Source of the DNA: Eledone cirrhosa
Taxonomy: Eukaryota
DNA: 64,000 bases
Reading direction: 5' to 3'
Assembly (NCBI GenBank): GCA_964016885.1
Contig: OZ024742.1
Location: 228,346,001 to 228,410,000, forward strand
Positions 37,932 to 52,324 of this stretch are shown here, piece after piece. The number at the start of each line of letters is the position of its first letter. The first letter of the stretch is position 1. Made by a program: the position numbers and the translations under genes. Below the pieces are notes generated by a model. It saw only the letters and a list, made by a program, of their open reading frames with translations. It was not told where the DNA came from and did not search any database.

Positions 37932-39058
37932 CGAGCAATTTTCACAAGTAGAGCCGATTTGTTTTTCTCTCTCTCCTGCTAACGAGTTTGCTTAGAGGAA
38001 TTAGTTTTCACATTTTGTTTGTTTTTTAATTTAGATCTACATGCTATTCTGAGAAAGTTTCATTAATAATTAAATAAAACTAAATAATTTTATTGATAAA
38101 TATCACTAACACTTTGTAACAGGACTGTTAGTAACACATTGGTTAACTTTTAAGCCTCGGCAATGACAAAAATATTCAAGCAAATTGTGCATGTCGCCCC
38201 TTCCACGGAACTCTACAGGGATGTCTATTAACTTACAGAGAGGATACGGTTTTATACCCTGTACCTGTGTATCAAAACTACGCCCCCTACAGCTAATAGA
38301 TCGCAATATAGCCATATCTGAAAATGCACGAAAAGCTTGCGACGGCATTTAATCAGTGTAATTTAATTGTTTATAGCCATTTCTAACAGTCCATTAAAAT
38401 TTTATTGAAATGGTATCGTACCAAAATCTCACAATTTATTTAGTTCTACACCTACTGCAAATATGCCAAAAAAACTAGTCTCTGTGGCTTGTACTTTGGG
38501 ATTTAGCCAGGTCTGAAAACACATGAAAAGCTTACGCGAAATCGACTGTTTGTTATATGTAACAAGATAGGATTTATATAAATATTTAACCTCCTCACCC
38601 CACCCCCTAAAAGTTGCGTTTTCAAGAATCTGAATAAAAAGGGGGGGGGGGGGGGGCAACAGCTATCCCACGGCACTATTAATTTGTATAATTTGAAGAT
38701 GATTATTATCTTGTTCAAAGATAAATCACAGATATGGCTATTCATTCATTTATGCCTAATTAGGCAAGATTTCGACCAATTCGCTGACCATTCAAATTGT
38801 CATCTCCTTATAATATATAACCAGCAATTTCTCTGTCTGTCTGTCCGACAGGGGAAACACGTGCGCGCGTGGTTGCTATCCCTCTCTTTTAGTCTGTCTG
38901 TTTCTCTCACTCTCACTCTTTCTCTTTGTAACACACTAACATTCCTCCTCTCTATCGCTGTGACGAATGGGGAGGAGGAGGAGGAGAGAGTCACTTCGTC
39001 ACTTCACCTCTGCCTTTCTTTCTCTCCCCTCTCACTCCCTCATTACGTACAGACATTA

Positions 39059-39250
39059 GGGCGGTGGATTGGCAGAATCTGTAGAGAGTCGGACACCATG
39101 CTTCATAGCATGGAGTTACGTCCCTTTACGGTCTGAGTTCAAATACCGCCGAGGTTAACTTTGCCTTTCATCCTCACGGGGTCGATAAAATAAAGTACCA
39201 GTAATGTACTGGGTAATTGCTGGCCTTGTACCAAAAGTAGAAACAATTAT
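39059..39250 (+). mobile_element. Meta-type SINE
   Basis: Matches 4998-5190 end to end. Confidence 0.8.
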
Positions 39251-39429
39251 TAGAAACATTGCTTCATTTTTACATATCTAACTATTAGTAAAATAACTAA
39301 TAATTTCAAAAGTAATTTTTCAATTCCAATTGTTATGAACAGCAAAACATTAATAATAATTTTGTTATAAGAAATATATATACATTTCTGTGTGTGTAAT
39401 ATATATATATATATACACACACAGAAATA

Positions 39430-39952
39430 TATATACATTTCTCTGTTTGTCTGTCTGTCTGTCCTTCTCTAAAACTCAAATGTAGATGCTACAGAAATAT
39501 TACCTTCCCCTTCCTTTCTCCACTTTGGTACTACCAAGAGAAACACTGTCGCTATAGAAACATTACCTTCCCCTCTCCACTGACTTTGGTCACTGAGGCC
39601 GAGGGAATCGCTGGTTGCTATAGAGACACATTGCACAAGCCAGAAGTAACCAGTTCGAGGCGGTTCTGACTTGACACCATGCCAAGGACCATTTGAAGAT
39701 ATATTTTCATCGTTATATCATAACGTTTATATTTCCGTCACTAATCTCTTTTTCTCCTTTTTCGTTTTAACATATATTTATTTCAAAGATTTCACCGTAT
39801 AGATAACATATATATTTATACATGCATAAAAGACACACCGAGAGACGGTGAACATGTGGTGCCGAAAACATTTCTCATCCAAATCTCAACAATATCAGTA
39901 TATACACTAGATTTGCTAGCAGAAAACCGCCCACCGGGTGGCTTTCTGCTAG
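39430..39952 (+). mobile_element. Helentron/HINE-like non-autonomous element
   Basis: (GTCT)n near the start. Terminal palindrome ending in CTAG, shared with 1951-1988. Confidence 0.45.
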
Positions 39953-40543
39953 TCTATATATCTAAAACAGAGAATGTCTGTCCGCTCACTAAAACTCGAG
40001 AACCACCCAACCGATTGTTTTCAAACTTTACACATGTAATACTTATGGTCCTGTGAGTGTTTTGAGAAAAAATATTTCAAATTTTCAATGCCCTGGGGAC
40101 CGCATTAGGCGATCTCTCTATAATTCTTAGTCTTTCTCTTTTTAACCCACTCGATATGCAAATTGGGCTACTCAGCCGTTAATATGCATAAGGTAAGTAT
40201 ATACGTTCAACAATCTGGCAGGAAGGTATACGTTGCTGACGATAGCTAATAATAAGCTTGAAACTAGTACAGTGTTCCTTTGTCAGTGTTGAACAAACGA
40301 GCAACGATGGTTGCTAGACACTACGGCTTAATACGGGATGTTTGTTTACAAACACACCGAGCATTATAATAAATGTTCGGTGAATCCATACGTACATATA
40401 TGTATGTATGCATGTATGTATATATATATATATATACATACTACTGTACGTCTGTATACATATATGTATGTGCGTGTACATACTTATATTTAAGTAACAG
40501 CCGTACTAAGAGTGGGAAATGAAATTTCGTTTCATTTTTTTCC

Positions 40544-40600
<57 letters not shown>

Positions 40601-40747
40601 TATATTCGAGTACAGATATTTTTTGCATACACAATAACAAAATATAAACAAACGTATTTATTTCACGAGGCTCGATAAGGATAAATATATATCAAATATA
40701 TAAGAACCCTACAGCAAACCCCGAGCAACGCCGGGCCATTCTGCTAG
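39953..40747 (+). mobile_element. Non-autonomous Helitron
   Basis: 5' TCTATATA.., 3' hairpin cccgagcaacgccggg then CTAG|T. Internal (TA)n at about 40547-40596. Confidence 0.8.
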
Positions 40748-41039
40748 TATTTCCTAAAATATTCATCAAAATTTCACAAATGAGGTATCAAATATTTTTT
40801 TTTGTTCTTGGTGTTCTGTATGAAAAATACAGTAGAGTTGGATTTAAATATTTTCAAAACTTCATAACAATACCTACTATTAAGTAGTTTGCAAAACCTA
40901 AATAATTTTATAATGTGTGACATCGAAAAGCTTGATGACAGATTAGATAAGGTCATTAAAAACCTGCTACAGCCAGTTTAACTGACTGCTCTCTGTTGTA
41001 ATGTGTTTACTATCTTGTCCATACAGGTACTCCATGTAC

Positions 41040-41680
41040 ATTTCCTATGGGATTTTACGTTTTAAACATAGAAATTAAAAAAATCTGTAAAACAAAATGT
41101 TAAACCCCCCCACTTCTAATGTTTCTCATTTTTAGCTGCTATTTCTAGTATGTCAAGAGAACTTTATTGGTAACAGCAGAAAGAGGGTGGGGTGGACAAG
41201 GGGGAAATATTGTTGCTATTTTTAGTATGTCAAGAGACTCTTGTTGAAAATCGCAGAAGGGAGGGTTGGAGTTTGACACGGAGGAAATTCTGTTGTTATT
41301 TCTATTATGTCAAGAGACCCTTATTGAAAATAGCAGAAGGCAGGTTTGGGGTGTGATGTGACGGGTGTTATTTCTAGCATAGAGACTTCCTAGTTAGTTC
41401 GTAGAAACTAGCAAAGGGGAGGGATAGCTACAAAAATGAAAAATGATCACTTAACATACTAGAAACAACAGCCAAATCTCCCTCACACCTCCAGCCCTCC
41501 TTCCTGCTATTTCCTATGAACCTAGAAGGGAGCTTCTATGTGATCTCTTAACATACTAGAAATAACAGCTAAAGATTTTTTTAAAGAACGGGGGAGGCAA
41601 AAAAAACATAGATTTTTTTTTTCCAGAATCATAAATCTACCTGTTCAAAACGTAGAATTTCAAAAAGAATTATAATAAAT
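41040..41680. mobile_element. Fold-back element with internal repeats (gctatttctagtatgtcaagaga)
   Basis: Four forward units (41138-41380) and inverse units (41450-41575). A related remnant at about 57320-57570 sits in the equivalent position of the next gene unit. Confidence 0.6.
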
Positions 41681-41844
41681 AAAAACTTTGAGGCCATTTA
41701 AGTAGGATTCTTATTCCGAAACTCCACATTTTTCTTTTGTTCACTTAATTATAAACGTTTAATCAAAACATTCGGTACAACAAATCGATTAATTTTACTT
41801 TCACTTTAATATAGAGAAGGCTGACAGAAATTTGCCGTCAATGA

Positions 41845-42128
41845 AAAGACGATTGAATAAAGAAAACAACTTTAAGATAAAATACCTCGTATAAATCACA
41901 GCTATTGTTGATAGTAGTTGGACATGTCGTTGAATAGAGATGATTATCACTATTCTCTATCCCTCCCCCAGTCTTTAACTATATATATATTATAGTAGAT
42001 AAATATGACTACGTTACAATAAATCTGTTTTGTGGTAAATAGATTATTCTACAGATGTATGTGAATCGATTGAAAATAACAGAATGGTAGATGCAGAATA
42101 AAGTCAATATCCGGTTGATCATGCGCAT
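41845..42128 (-). promoter_or_regulatory. Conserved module 2: putative promoter/first exon of ZNF-B
   Basis: Donor GAG|GTATTT at 41886/41885. 26-mer at 42103-42128. Confidence 0.55.
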
Positions 42129-42336
42129 TAGTAAAATATGAGTAGAATAGAATAGAATAGAATAGAAAGCAGATCTAACACGTGTGGAAATCAGTATAGC
42201 TATCAATATATGTTGAAATTGTTTGTTTTTATATTTTTTACACGACTGTATGTAAAATCCCCGGCATGTCTTTGTATTGTCCCCTTTCTTGTTGCGCCCT
42301 TGTGGCTAATAAAGAAATCAATATATGTTTGTGGTA

Positions 42337-42530
42337 GGGCGGTGGATTGGCAGTATCGGTAGATTGGCAGTATCGGACGCCATGCTTTGCAGCAAAGAGT
42401 TACGGCCCTTTATGGTCTGAGTTCAAATCTCGCCGAGGTTAACTTTGCCTTTCATCCTTACGGGGTCGATAAAATAAAGTACCAGTAATGCACTGGAATA
42501 GTTGCTGGCCTTGTGCCAAAGGTAGAAACA
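42337..42530 (+). mobile_element. Meta-type SINE
   Basis: Matches 4998-5190, with a small internal duplication in the head. Confidence 0.8.
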
Positions 42531-42549
42531 ATATATATGTGTGTGGTGG

Positions 42550-43610
42550 ATAAGGCCTTTGACAGAGTACCACGATCTGTTATCTAGTGGCTGTTTAGGA
42601 AATTGGGTGCATATAAGTTGTTCGTGACACCAGTGCAATCCATGTTCAGAGGAACTATCAGTAAAGTGAGAATAGGTAATGAGTTTAGTGAGGAATTCAA
42701 AGTTTGGATGGATGTTAATCAAGGCTGTTTATTATAGTTATCTGTTTATTATAGTTATCTTTGCCATTAGGAATTTATAACTGGTTGTCCGTGAAACTTT
42801 TGTGTGTTGATGATCTTGCTCTTATAGTTAAATTCATGGAAGAGCTTCAAAAGAAATTCCTGTTGTGGAAACAGAATCCAAAAGATTTAGAGAAAACCTA
42901 GCAAATATTAAAGTTTAATAAGTAGGAAAGAGGTTAAGACTGATTTCATCAGGGAAGTGGTTGTGTACAATTTATGTATAAAAGAAATAGGTAGGAACTT
43001 TATATGATGTACTCAATGTAAGGAACTCTATATGAGTACACAATGTATGGTGGGATTGAAGGCAAAAAAGATAGACTTTGATTGTGGCAGATGAAAAGAA
43101 TAGTGTGTAGTAAGAGCAGTAGTAAAATGAACATTTTCCAATCACAGGAAGGTACCATAAAAGTAATTGATAGTTTTTGTTATTTAGATGACATCATTAG
43201 CAATGGAAGGAGTGGCTTGCTCTGAAAGCAGAGTAGCTAGAATAAAAACAGCAGGTGGCTATTAACTCAGTAGACAACAAAGAGATTTTCTCTATAAATG
43301 AAGCATAGATTTATGGCACATGCATGAGAAGTATGATATTGCATGGCAGTGAGATATGAACAGTAAATGCAGAGGATATACAAGTTTGGGAGAAAAGAGG
43401 AGGAAACATGTTTCATTGAATGTGGAATGTTAGTCTGCATAAACAACAGGGTATGGATGAACTGAGATAAAAGCTGGGTATAAGAGGAATCAGATGTAGT
43501 ATGCCAGAGAGAAGATTGCACTAGTATGGATGATGATTGTTGGCTGAAGAATTTCCCTTCCCCGTGGGAGGGAGCTGCAGTAGAGGAAGGTCAAGAAAGA
43601 CATTGGTCAA
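42550..43610 (+). mobile_element. Old RTE remnant
   Basis: KAFDRVPRSVI, VDDLALIV and SFCYLDD pieces with many stops. Confidence 0.7.
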
Positions 43611-44472
43611 TGTGGAATTGTGAGTCTTAGTTCTCACTGTAGCAGAAGAGTGAATGATGATGATGATGGGTATTGGTTGTAGATAATTGCGATGGGTAAC
43701 CAAGGTGTACATCTGTTGGAAAGCGAATGTGTTTTATCCATGGGGAAAGTGATTTCACCGATCATATTACCAGGAGTATGGAAGAACAAAAACGCCCGTT
43801 ACTTTTATATGAGATTTATTGTGAAGTATTTCGAGACAGAATCGCATGATTTAACATTTTGTTATCGTCAAAAGATATGAACAATAAACAAGGAAAAAAT
43901 TTGTCTGAGGGCCACACATGACACCAAATATTTTTTTATTTTATATTAAGCTCACGCTGTAAAAACCTTTGTGCAGGCCGCAAGCGTGCTTGTAAAGGGC
44001 TGCATGTTTGACATGCCTGTTGTAATGTGGTTGGTAATAGGAAGCGCATCCAGATATAGAAACAAAGCAAAAAACGTATGAGCAAGACATGATCACCTGA
44101 CTTGTCTAGCGACAGATTGTGATAACCAATCTAACAAATATAAGCATGGGAAATGGTGATGATGATATATGTATACATATATTATTTCTGTGAAACTCAA
44201 GAATAGCAACAGAGAGTAATCTCTTTCTCTCAAACACACATACTCTTACCATTCCCTTTCCACAAGGTGACCAAAGTTTTAATAAATAAATGTCTTTTAG
44301 TTCTCTCTCTCAACACATACATGCTGACCACTCCAATTCCATTGGGATAGAAAAATAAAAACTTGCAGCTGCTGTCACTACTACCTTAGTTGTCTCCGTG
44401 TACACAACCTCTTACAACCCCCTTTCCACAGCATAATCTATTGTTACCACTTAAATATTATATATATTAATA

Positions 44473-45380
44473 TCTGATGTACCCAGCTTCGCCCGGGTAA
44501 ACAGATGATAAGCGAAGACAGGTAGAAGAGGAAATTACTGTATTGGATGTTTGTCTGGTTTACAGTATGGGGTGAGACCATGTCACAAAAAAAAACAGTA
44601 AAAAAAATCTTCCAGATAAACCAGATTCTTCGTTTTACCATTCGTACATAGTATATGAAGATTTCTAGATGTTCCCACTTGTGAACAACCTACATATAAC
44701 TGTCCATGGATAAAAAGTGATTATCTTGTATTCAATTCTACAACTTTGAAATTCTGAGCCTTAGCTTTATGTATAGTCATAGCCAAACTGGCTCTAACAG
44801 GGAACTGAAGTCTTGAGAATTTGAATGGCAGTTCGGTAGAAGGAATAAGTGGAAACTTGGGAATAAATGCATTTTCTCATTGATGATTGCCTCCAAAGAG
44901 AGTGACCTCTAGTTGAGGGTTCATCTTCCGCCTGACAGTAAAGAATGTGTCACTGTATAGACGTGGTTGGTCCACGTTTCACAAAAGGATGATGGAAATT
45001 CCAAACTTTTATATTATATGTAGATATAGATAATCATATATATATAGATATATAATTGTACATATATGTGTGCAAAGAGTGTGTGTGTAAACCAGTGTTC
45101 GAATCAGAGACGCTGGCTGCAAAAAAGGATTTTTGCTAACAACAAACGTGTAGAAAATCCCTTATGGTTGATTCCAAGCCTGCTAGAAACAGCAGTCAGT
45201 TTGGTTAGAATACCTGAGTTGTTTTTTTCGTCTTTGATGCTATAAAGTTAGTATTAATAAACCTTCCTAGGTATACCCTTTACTCCATTGCTGTGCTTAC
45301 CTTTCAATTGTCAGTTTTTGTTTTTGGGTGATGCGTGAAGGAACCAACCAACAAAGATCTCTCTTTTATATTATGTATAT
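44473..45380 (-). mobile_element. Helitron derivative carrying the RepHel (PIF1 helicase) C-terminus
   Basis: Minus strand reads LPFKFSRLQFPVRASLAMTIHKA..FIHGQLYVGCSQV. Same family as 59425-60049. Confidence 0.8.
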
Positions 45381-46169
45381 TATAACCTACGTTCTAATAA
45401 ATCAGTTGAATTAGCTATTATGAAAATGGAATATTTTCTTTTATGTTTGTGTATATATTTCTAACATCTGATTTATAAGAATACATTTCTCAGCTATTTA
45501 TTTATAATGTAAAATATTACCATTCTTTTAAGTCTGCTTTCCCATACTTACATGGTTTGGATGGAACTTTTCCAGTTGTTGGATTCTTTTGTCATCTACT
45601 CTGTCAGATGCAGCATTTTGAAATATGCTATGATCACTTCTGCCCAGGTCTCCCTCTACTACAGTTTCCTTCCACTCAGATCTCTTCTTCACCCAGTGAT
45701 CACCATCTGTACACATAATGTATCCATACCATCACAATTCTCTTTCTTACACACTGTATCTGATTTCTTTTATACACATCCAATTAATCTACGCTTCTAG
45801 AAATACGTTAGATAGAAAACAAATATGTATTACGAAAGTTTATTTTTATTAAAAATATCACAATGGTGAATTATTTCACCAATGTAGATACATTTGTGGT
45901 TATATAAGAGAGTTTTAGAAGGCTATTATCAAACATTTTATTATCTTCTTTTTTTATAGAATGACTTTTGACATTGATATGGTTATACTTCTTTATTATT
46001 ATAAAAATGTGTATTAAGAGACTTTTTTACCACAGATATCAAAACCCTTGAAAAGTAGATGTTAAACAATGATGATGATGATGAAAATGACATAGCTTCT
46101 CTTCAGTATAAACACATATCTATTTAGTTAAAATACAATTTCTAGAAAATATAAGAGTGATATAGATTT

Positions 46170-49100
46170 TCAAAGTTCTCCCACAATATGCATATGCTTG
46201 TGTTTAGTTAGGGCTTTATTTTCAGAAAATGATTTACCACAGATATCACAGTGATATGGCTTTTCACCTGTATGAATGCGTTTATGTATAATTAAGGTAC
46301 TATTTCGAGAAAATGATTTACCACAGATATCACAGGGGTATGGTTTGTCTCCTGTATGAATATATTTGTGTGTAGTTAAATCACTACTTTGAGAAAACGA
46401 TTTACCACATATGTCACAGTGAAATGGCTTCTCTCCTGTATGAGTACGTATGTGATTTGTTAAGGGAGTTTTATCAGAGAATGATTTACCACAAATGACA
46501 CAGTGATATGGCTTTTCACCTGTGTGAATGCGTTTATGTCTAGTTAAGACATTTGTATGAGAGAATGACTTACCACAAATATCACAAAGATACAATTTAT
46601 CTCTTGTATGAACACGTTTGTGTTTAGTTAAGTCACCATTTCGAGAGAATGTTTTACCACAGACATCACAGTGATATGGCTTTTCTCCTGTATGAATACG
46701 TTTGTGTCTATTTAAGGTTCCAGTCTGAGCAAATGATTTACCACAGATATCACAGTGATATGGCTTCTCTCCTGTATGTATGTTTTCATGAGCTATCAAG
46801 CTAGTTCTTTGGGAGAAAGATTTACCACAGATATCACAGTGATATGGCTTCTCTCCTGTATGAATACGTTTGTGTATAGTTAACACAGCATTTTGTGAGA
46901 ATGATTTCTCACAGATATCACAGTGATATGACTTCTCTCCTGTGTGAGCATGTTTGTGTTTAGATAAAGCACCATTTCGAGAGAATGATTTCCCACAGAT
47001 ATCGCAGTGATATGGCTTTTGCACTGTATGAATATGTTTGTGTTTAGTTAAAGCACCATTTTGAGTGAATGATTTCCCACAGATATCACAATGATACTTT
47101 TTTAAGCCTGTATGAATACTTTTGTGAGCTATCAAGTTAGCTGTTTGAAAGAATGATTTACCACAGATATCGCAGCAATATGGTTTTATGCCTGCATGAA
47201 TGTTTTTGTGAAATATCAAGTGAGCTCTTTGAGAGAATGATTTACCACAGATGACGCAGTGATACGGCTTCTCTCCTGTATGAGTACGTATGTGTATAGT
47301 TAAGGATCCATCAGTAGAGAATGATTTACCACAGATATCACAACGATGTGGCTTCTCTCCTGTATGAATGCTTTTGTGAAATATCATGTGAGTTCTTCTA
47401 GAGAATGATTTACCACAGATATCACAGTGATGGGGCTTCTTTCCTGTATGAATACGTACATGAGATAACAAGTTAGCTCTTTGGGAGAAAGATTTACCAC
47501 AGATGTCACAGTGATATGGTTTCTCCCCTGTATGGATACGTTTATGTATCATTAATACAGTATTTTGAGAGAATGATTTCCCACAGATATCACAGTGATA
47601 TGGCTTCTCTCCTGTATGAACATGTTTGTGTTTATTTAAAGCACCATTTTGAGTGAATGATTTCCCACAGGCATCACAGTGATATGGCTTCTTCCCTGTA
47701 TGGATACGCTTATGTTTAGTTAACACAGTATTTTGAGAGAATGATTTACTACCAATATCACAATCATACTTTATTAAGCCTGAATGAATGCTTTTGTGAA
47801 ATATCAAGTGAACACTTTGAGAGAATGATTTACCACATATGTCACAATGATATGGCTTCTCTTCTGTATGTGTACATATGTGTATAGTTAAATCTCCATC
47901 GGTTGGGAATGACACACCACAAACATCACAGCAATACGGTTTCTCTCCAGTATGAATATCCTTGTGTTTAATTGCACTATGTCCTTCAGATAATGATTTA
48001 CTAGAGCAATATGGCTCCTCTCCTGTATGAATATCTTTCTGTATATTTAAGCAACTTCCTTTCGAGAATGATTTATTGCTGATATCAGAGTGATGGGGCC
48101 TCCTCCCCATATGAATACATGTATGTTTAGTTAAGGCTCTATTTGTAGAGAATGATTTATCACAGATGTCACAGTCATATAGCTTTTTACATGCATGAAT
48201 ACGTTTGTGCAGTGTTAATGCAGCATTTTGAGTGAATGATTTACCACAGATAACACATAGATATGACTTTTCTCCTGTATGAATGCGTTTGTGATTAGTT
48301 AAGGTACCACATTCAGGGAATGATTTACCACAGATATCACAGTGATAAGGTGTCTCTCCTGCATGAATATATTTATGTTTAGTTAAGGCTCCATTTGTAT
48401 GGAATGACTTACCACAGATGTCACAACGATATGGTTTCTCTCCTGTATGAATACGTTTGTGTTCAGTTAACACAGTGTTTCGAGAGAATGATTTACCACA
48501 GATGTTACAGTGATATGGTTTTTCTCCTGTATGAGTACGTTTATGAGTAGTTAAGCTACCTCCTTCAGAAAATGATTGACCACAGATTTCACAGTGATAG
48601 GGCTTCTCACCTGTATGAACACGTTTGTGTTTAGTTATGACACCACTTTGAGAGAATGATTTACCACAGATATCACACTGATATGGTTTCTCTCCAGTAT
48701 GAATACGTTTATGCCTATTTAACTTTGCATTTCCAGTGAATGATTTACCACAAATATCACAGTGATATGGCATTTCTCCTGTATGAATACGTTTGTGGAC
48801 TGTCAATGTCCCACTGTTAGTGCATGATGTACCACAGATATCACAGTGATATGGCTTCTCTCCAGTATGAATACGTTTGTGTAAAGTTAATCGATTATTT
48901 GTTGAGAAACGTTTACCGCAGATTTCACAGTAATATGGCTTTTCTCCTGTATGAATACGTTTGTGTATAGTTAAGCTACCTCCTTCAGAGAATGATTTAC
49001 CACAGACTTCACAGTGATATGGCTTTTCTCCTGTATGAGTACGATTGTGTATAACTAACTCACCACTTCTAGAGAATGATTTACCACAGATGTTACAGTG

Positions 49101-49526
49101 ATATGGTTTTTCTCCTGTATGAGTACGTTTATGAGTAGTTAAGCTACCTCCTTCAGAAAATGATTGACCACAGATTTCACAGTGATATGGCTTCTCACCT
49201 GTATGAATACGTTTGTGTTTAGTTAAGACACCACTTTGAGAGAATGATTTACCACAGATATCACACTGATATGGTTTCTGTCCTATATGATTACATTTGT
49301 GTAAAGATAAGTTAGTATTTGTAGAGAATGATTTACCAAGAATATCACAGTGATATGCCTTCTCTTCTGTATGAATATATTCGTGAGAAGTCAGTTGACA
49401 TTTTTTTGAGAATGTTTTACCACAGACATCACGATGGTATGATGTTTTCCTTACTTCACTAGGAAAATCATTCCTTTCACACTCCAATTTAATCTTCATC
49501 GGTCTTTCGCATAATTCATTTTCCAT
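46170..49526 (-). CDS. Poly-C2H2 zinc-finger protein, about 39 finger units (ZNF-C)
   Basis: Intact 1118-aa ORF. The first 13 fingers are largely shared with ZNF-B. Units 17, 18 and 21 are degenerate. Confidence 0.95.
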   Translation of the reverse strand: MENELCERPMKIKLECERNDFPSEVRKTSYHRDVCGKTFSKKCQLTSHEYIHTEEKAYHCDILGKSFSTNTNLSLHKCNHIGQKPYQCDICGKSFSQSGVLTKHKRIHTGEKPYHCEICGQSFSEGGSLTTHKRTHTGEKPYHCNICGKSFSRSGELVIHNRTHTGEKPYHCEVCGKSFSEGGSLTIHKRIHTGEKPYYCEICGKRFSTNNRLTLHKRIHTGEKPYHCDICGTSCTNSGTLTVHKRIHTGEMPYHCDICGKSFTGNAKLNRHKRIHTGEKPYQCDICGKSFSQSGVITKHKRVHTGEKPYHCEICGQSFSEGGSLTTHKRTHTGEKPYHCNICGKSFSRNTVLTEHKRIHTGEKPYRCDICGKSFHTNGALTKHKYIHAGETPYHCDICGKSFPECGTLTNHKRIHTGEKSYLCVICGKSFTQNAALTLHKRIHACKKLYDCDICDKSFSTNRALTKHTCIHMGRRPHHSDISNKSFSKGSCLNIQKDIHTGEEPYCSSKSLSEGHSAIKHKDIHTGEKPYCCDVCGVSFPTDGDLTIHICTHTEEKPYHCDICGKSFSQSVHLIFHKSIHSGLIKYDCDIGSKSFSQNTVLTKHKRIHTGKKPYHCDACGKSFTQNGALNKHKHVHTGEKPYHCDICGKSFSQNTVLMIHKRIHTGEKPYHCDICGKSFSQRANLLSHVRIHTGKKPHHCDICGKSFSRRTHMIFHKSIHTGEKPHRCDICGKSFSTDGSLTIHIRTHTGEKPYHCVICGKSFSQRAHLIFHKNIHAGIKPYCCDICGKSFFQTANLIAHKSIHTGLKKYHCDICGKSFTQNGALTKHKHIHTVQKPYHCDICGKSFSRNGALSKHKHAHTGEKSYHCDICEKSFSQNAVLTIHKRIHTGEKPYHCDICGKSFSQRTSLIAHENIHTGEKPYHCDICGKSFAQTGTLNRHKRIHTGEKPYHCDVCGKTFSRNGDLTKHKRVHTRDKLYLCDICGKSFSHTNVLTRHKRIHTGEKPYHCVICGKSFSDKTPLTNHIRTHTGEKPFHCDICGKSFSQSSDLTTHKYIHTGDKPYPCDICGKSFSRNSTLIIHKRIHTGEKPYHCDICGKSFSENKALTKHKHMHIVGEL

Positions 49527-50827
49527 ATTTTTTCTTTTTTCACTCCTTTATTTATTATGTGTAATGCTTTTCTTTAGTCTTCAAAAGATGATAAATATTG
49601 ATAATGTATCTGATATAAAGAATTCTTTAATGTCAATATCATCTGATAGTCTGAAATAATAAGAAAAACGGTGTAAGATATAGAGAGTACTTAAAATTTA
49701 GTGATTTAACAGTAGAAATATTACTACATTTCTATATCAATAAACTGCAGATTTAAACATGTAGCTGAGCAATTGAATCTGTATTTTTACGAAAAGAGGC
49801 AGCATTTCAAGAATTTCAAAGCTTTTTCCATGGAATATATAGCATATTCTTTATAACTGGCTACAGTTATTATACTGTAGTCCTGTTGGGGGACTACATG
49901 ACAGGAATTTTAGTCAATCACATAAACCAGAGTATTTCTTTTTTTCTCATTGTTGTGAACAGAACTCCCTAGTAATATGGCTATACACGACCCTATATAT
50001 TATTTTTGCCAGTCCATAACTCATTGTTTTATGAAGTGCTTTTAGACCCTCATTGTCTCTCATTGCCTATTCATACCCTATTCTCTGAAAGAAGCTGTTA
50101 ACACATAAAGAAGGATATCTTAGCTCTATATATCCAACCCTATGAATCAACCCCCTTCTACCCACATCCCCAACACTTGCTTTTGCTCTTTCTCCTTCCC
50201 TATCTAAGCGATGACTTTCTCTTTAAGTAACATGTGGCAGCCATTGCTCCCAGTGTCACTTCTACCATGCTCACCCTAGTGTTGGTGTCATAATAAATAC
50301 ATCCAGTACACTCTATAAAGCAGTAGTGATGATGCCATGATAAAATGCATCCAGTACATTCTGTAAAGTGGTAGTTCTGCTGCATGGAAAACTAAATATA
50401 TATATGAAGGATTTTAATTTTAATTGTATTTTATGTTGTATGTATTTGGCTAGTTTAGGCTTGTTGTATTTTGTTGTTATGTATGGTTCTGTATAAAAAA
50501 TATATATTGTATCATCCCTCTGATACTGTGTGGACTTAGACTTCTATTGAAAGTTCTCTGCTACAAAGGGTTTTTCTGGTGGGAGGATTAAGTATTTAGT
50601 TCACTAAAGACTATATGGTACTAATTTATCTGATAACCACAACTTGACAGAAACCAGACATTGGCAGCAATTGTGGCCTGATTAAATTCATTCTCTTAGT
50701 ACCAATATAATGGGTGTGTTTTAATTTCAAGTTTTATTTTGTTGGGTAATTGTATTTTTTGTAGTGTGTTTTTGGCTAGGCTTGGTTTGTCGTATTTACT
50801 TATTGGGTAGGATTTTGATTTTGTAAG

Positions 50828-50865
<38 letters not shown>

Positions 50866-52324
50866 CTCCATAGAAGCGATTGAATGAGAGCTTCTGCTAG
50901 CAAGGCGCTATAATTAGCAGTGGAAAGAGCTTTGAAATTACAGTAGTTAGGTGGAAAATGTTCAGGAAGCTACTACCTCTGCTGGCTACAAAGGGTTCCT
51001 CTCCCAGGACAAAAGGCTGCTTGCATGAAGCTTGTATGAGAACTGCGATGGTGCATGGAAGTAAGACTTGGGTCTCAAATGCAGAGGATCTGTGAAAATA
51101 AAAAAAAAAATGAACTGAGCATGCTCCAATGGATGTGTATTAGTACTGAAAGAAAAGCTAAACATAAAAGGGATTAGATGCAGTATACAAGAGAGAAGAC
51201 TTTCTTGGTAAGGACATGTGATGCATATGAAGAATATCAGTTGCATAAAAAAAGTGTGGGGTACTCAAAATTGATAGAAACTGTGGAAGAGGAAAAACTA
51301 GGAAAACTTGGCTGACCTCACACAGGAGTTGACAGTGAATCATATCAACTGCTAAATTGTTGTACTACAGAAGACTCCCTCCTCACACACAAGAAGCAAG
51401 GTCTAATGACATTTTAACCCCCTGCCTATCTCCTCAGCCTGATTCCTACTTCCATACCCCAAAAATGCCAGCATAGACACATCTCTTGTCAAGACAACTC
51501 CAGTGAACCACTTACTCCCCACTTCCATTCACATGCCTGATTCCCCCTTCCTCGTCAAACTATCACTGACTTATTAGCCTAGCACTCAGACTACACTCTA
51601 GAGTGGTAGTTCTGGTGCCTCAATAAAAATACACCACTTCATCGTGTCATTTGGTAGCAGACGTTAGGAAGAAAAGTCAGCTACAGAAGCCATACCAGAA
51701 TAGCAAGTATGAGTAAAATGCATTTGACCTGCTAGCTTCAGAATATGATAACCCAAATAAACCATACAAGCATGGAATATTGACATAAAACAAGGATGAT
51801 GATTATAATGATATATATATATATCCTCTGTCAATGAGAAATCGTGGGACTATTGCCTTGAGGTATATTCTTGTTTTGTTGATCTTGAAAAGGCATATAA
51901 TCACATTTTTCAGGAATTGCCATGGAAGGTTGTGTAGGAGCATGGAATCGAAGGTTAGCTTCTTGCTGCCGTGATGTCTCTATATGAATGCCTGGGAATT
52001 TGTGTTTGGATAATAAATGGTACTAAATCAAAACCATTCAAGGTGGGAGTTGGAGTCTGCTAAGGGTGCGTATAGTCACATCTATTCGTTATTCACATGA
52101 ATAGGATTGACATGCACAGCCAGGTTGGAAGTGGTATCTTGACTGGTGGGTGAAAATCAGTCGGCTGATTTTACAGCCACCAGTGTGGGCTGGGTGCTTT
52201 TTGTTGTGACACCTTCACGACCACTTTACAGTGTGGGCTGGGTGCTTTTTGTTGTGACACCTTCACGACCACTTTACAGTGAGGGCTGGGTGCTTTTTAT
52301 TATGACACAGATATATATATATAT

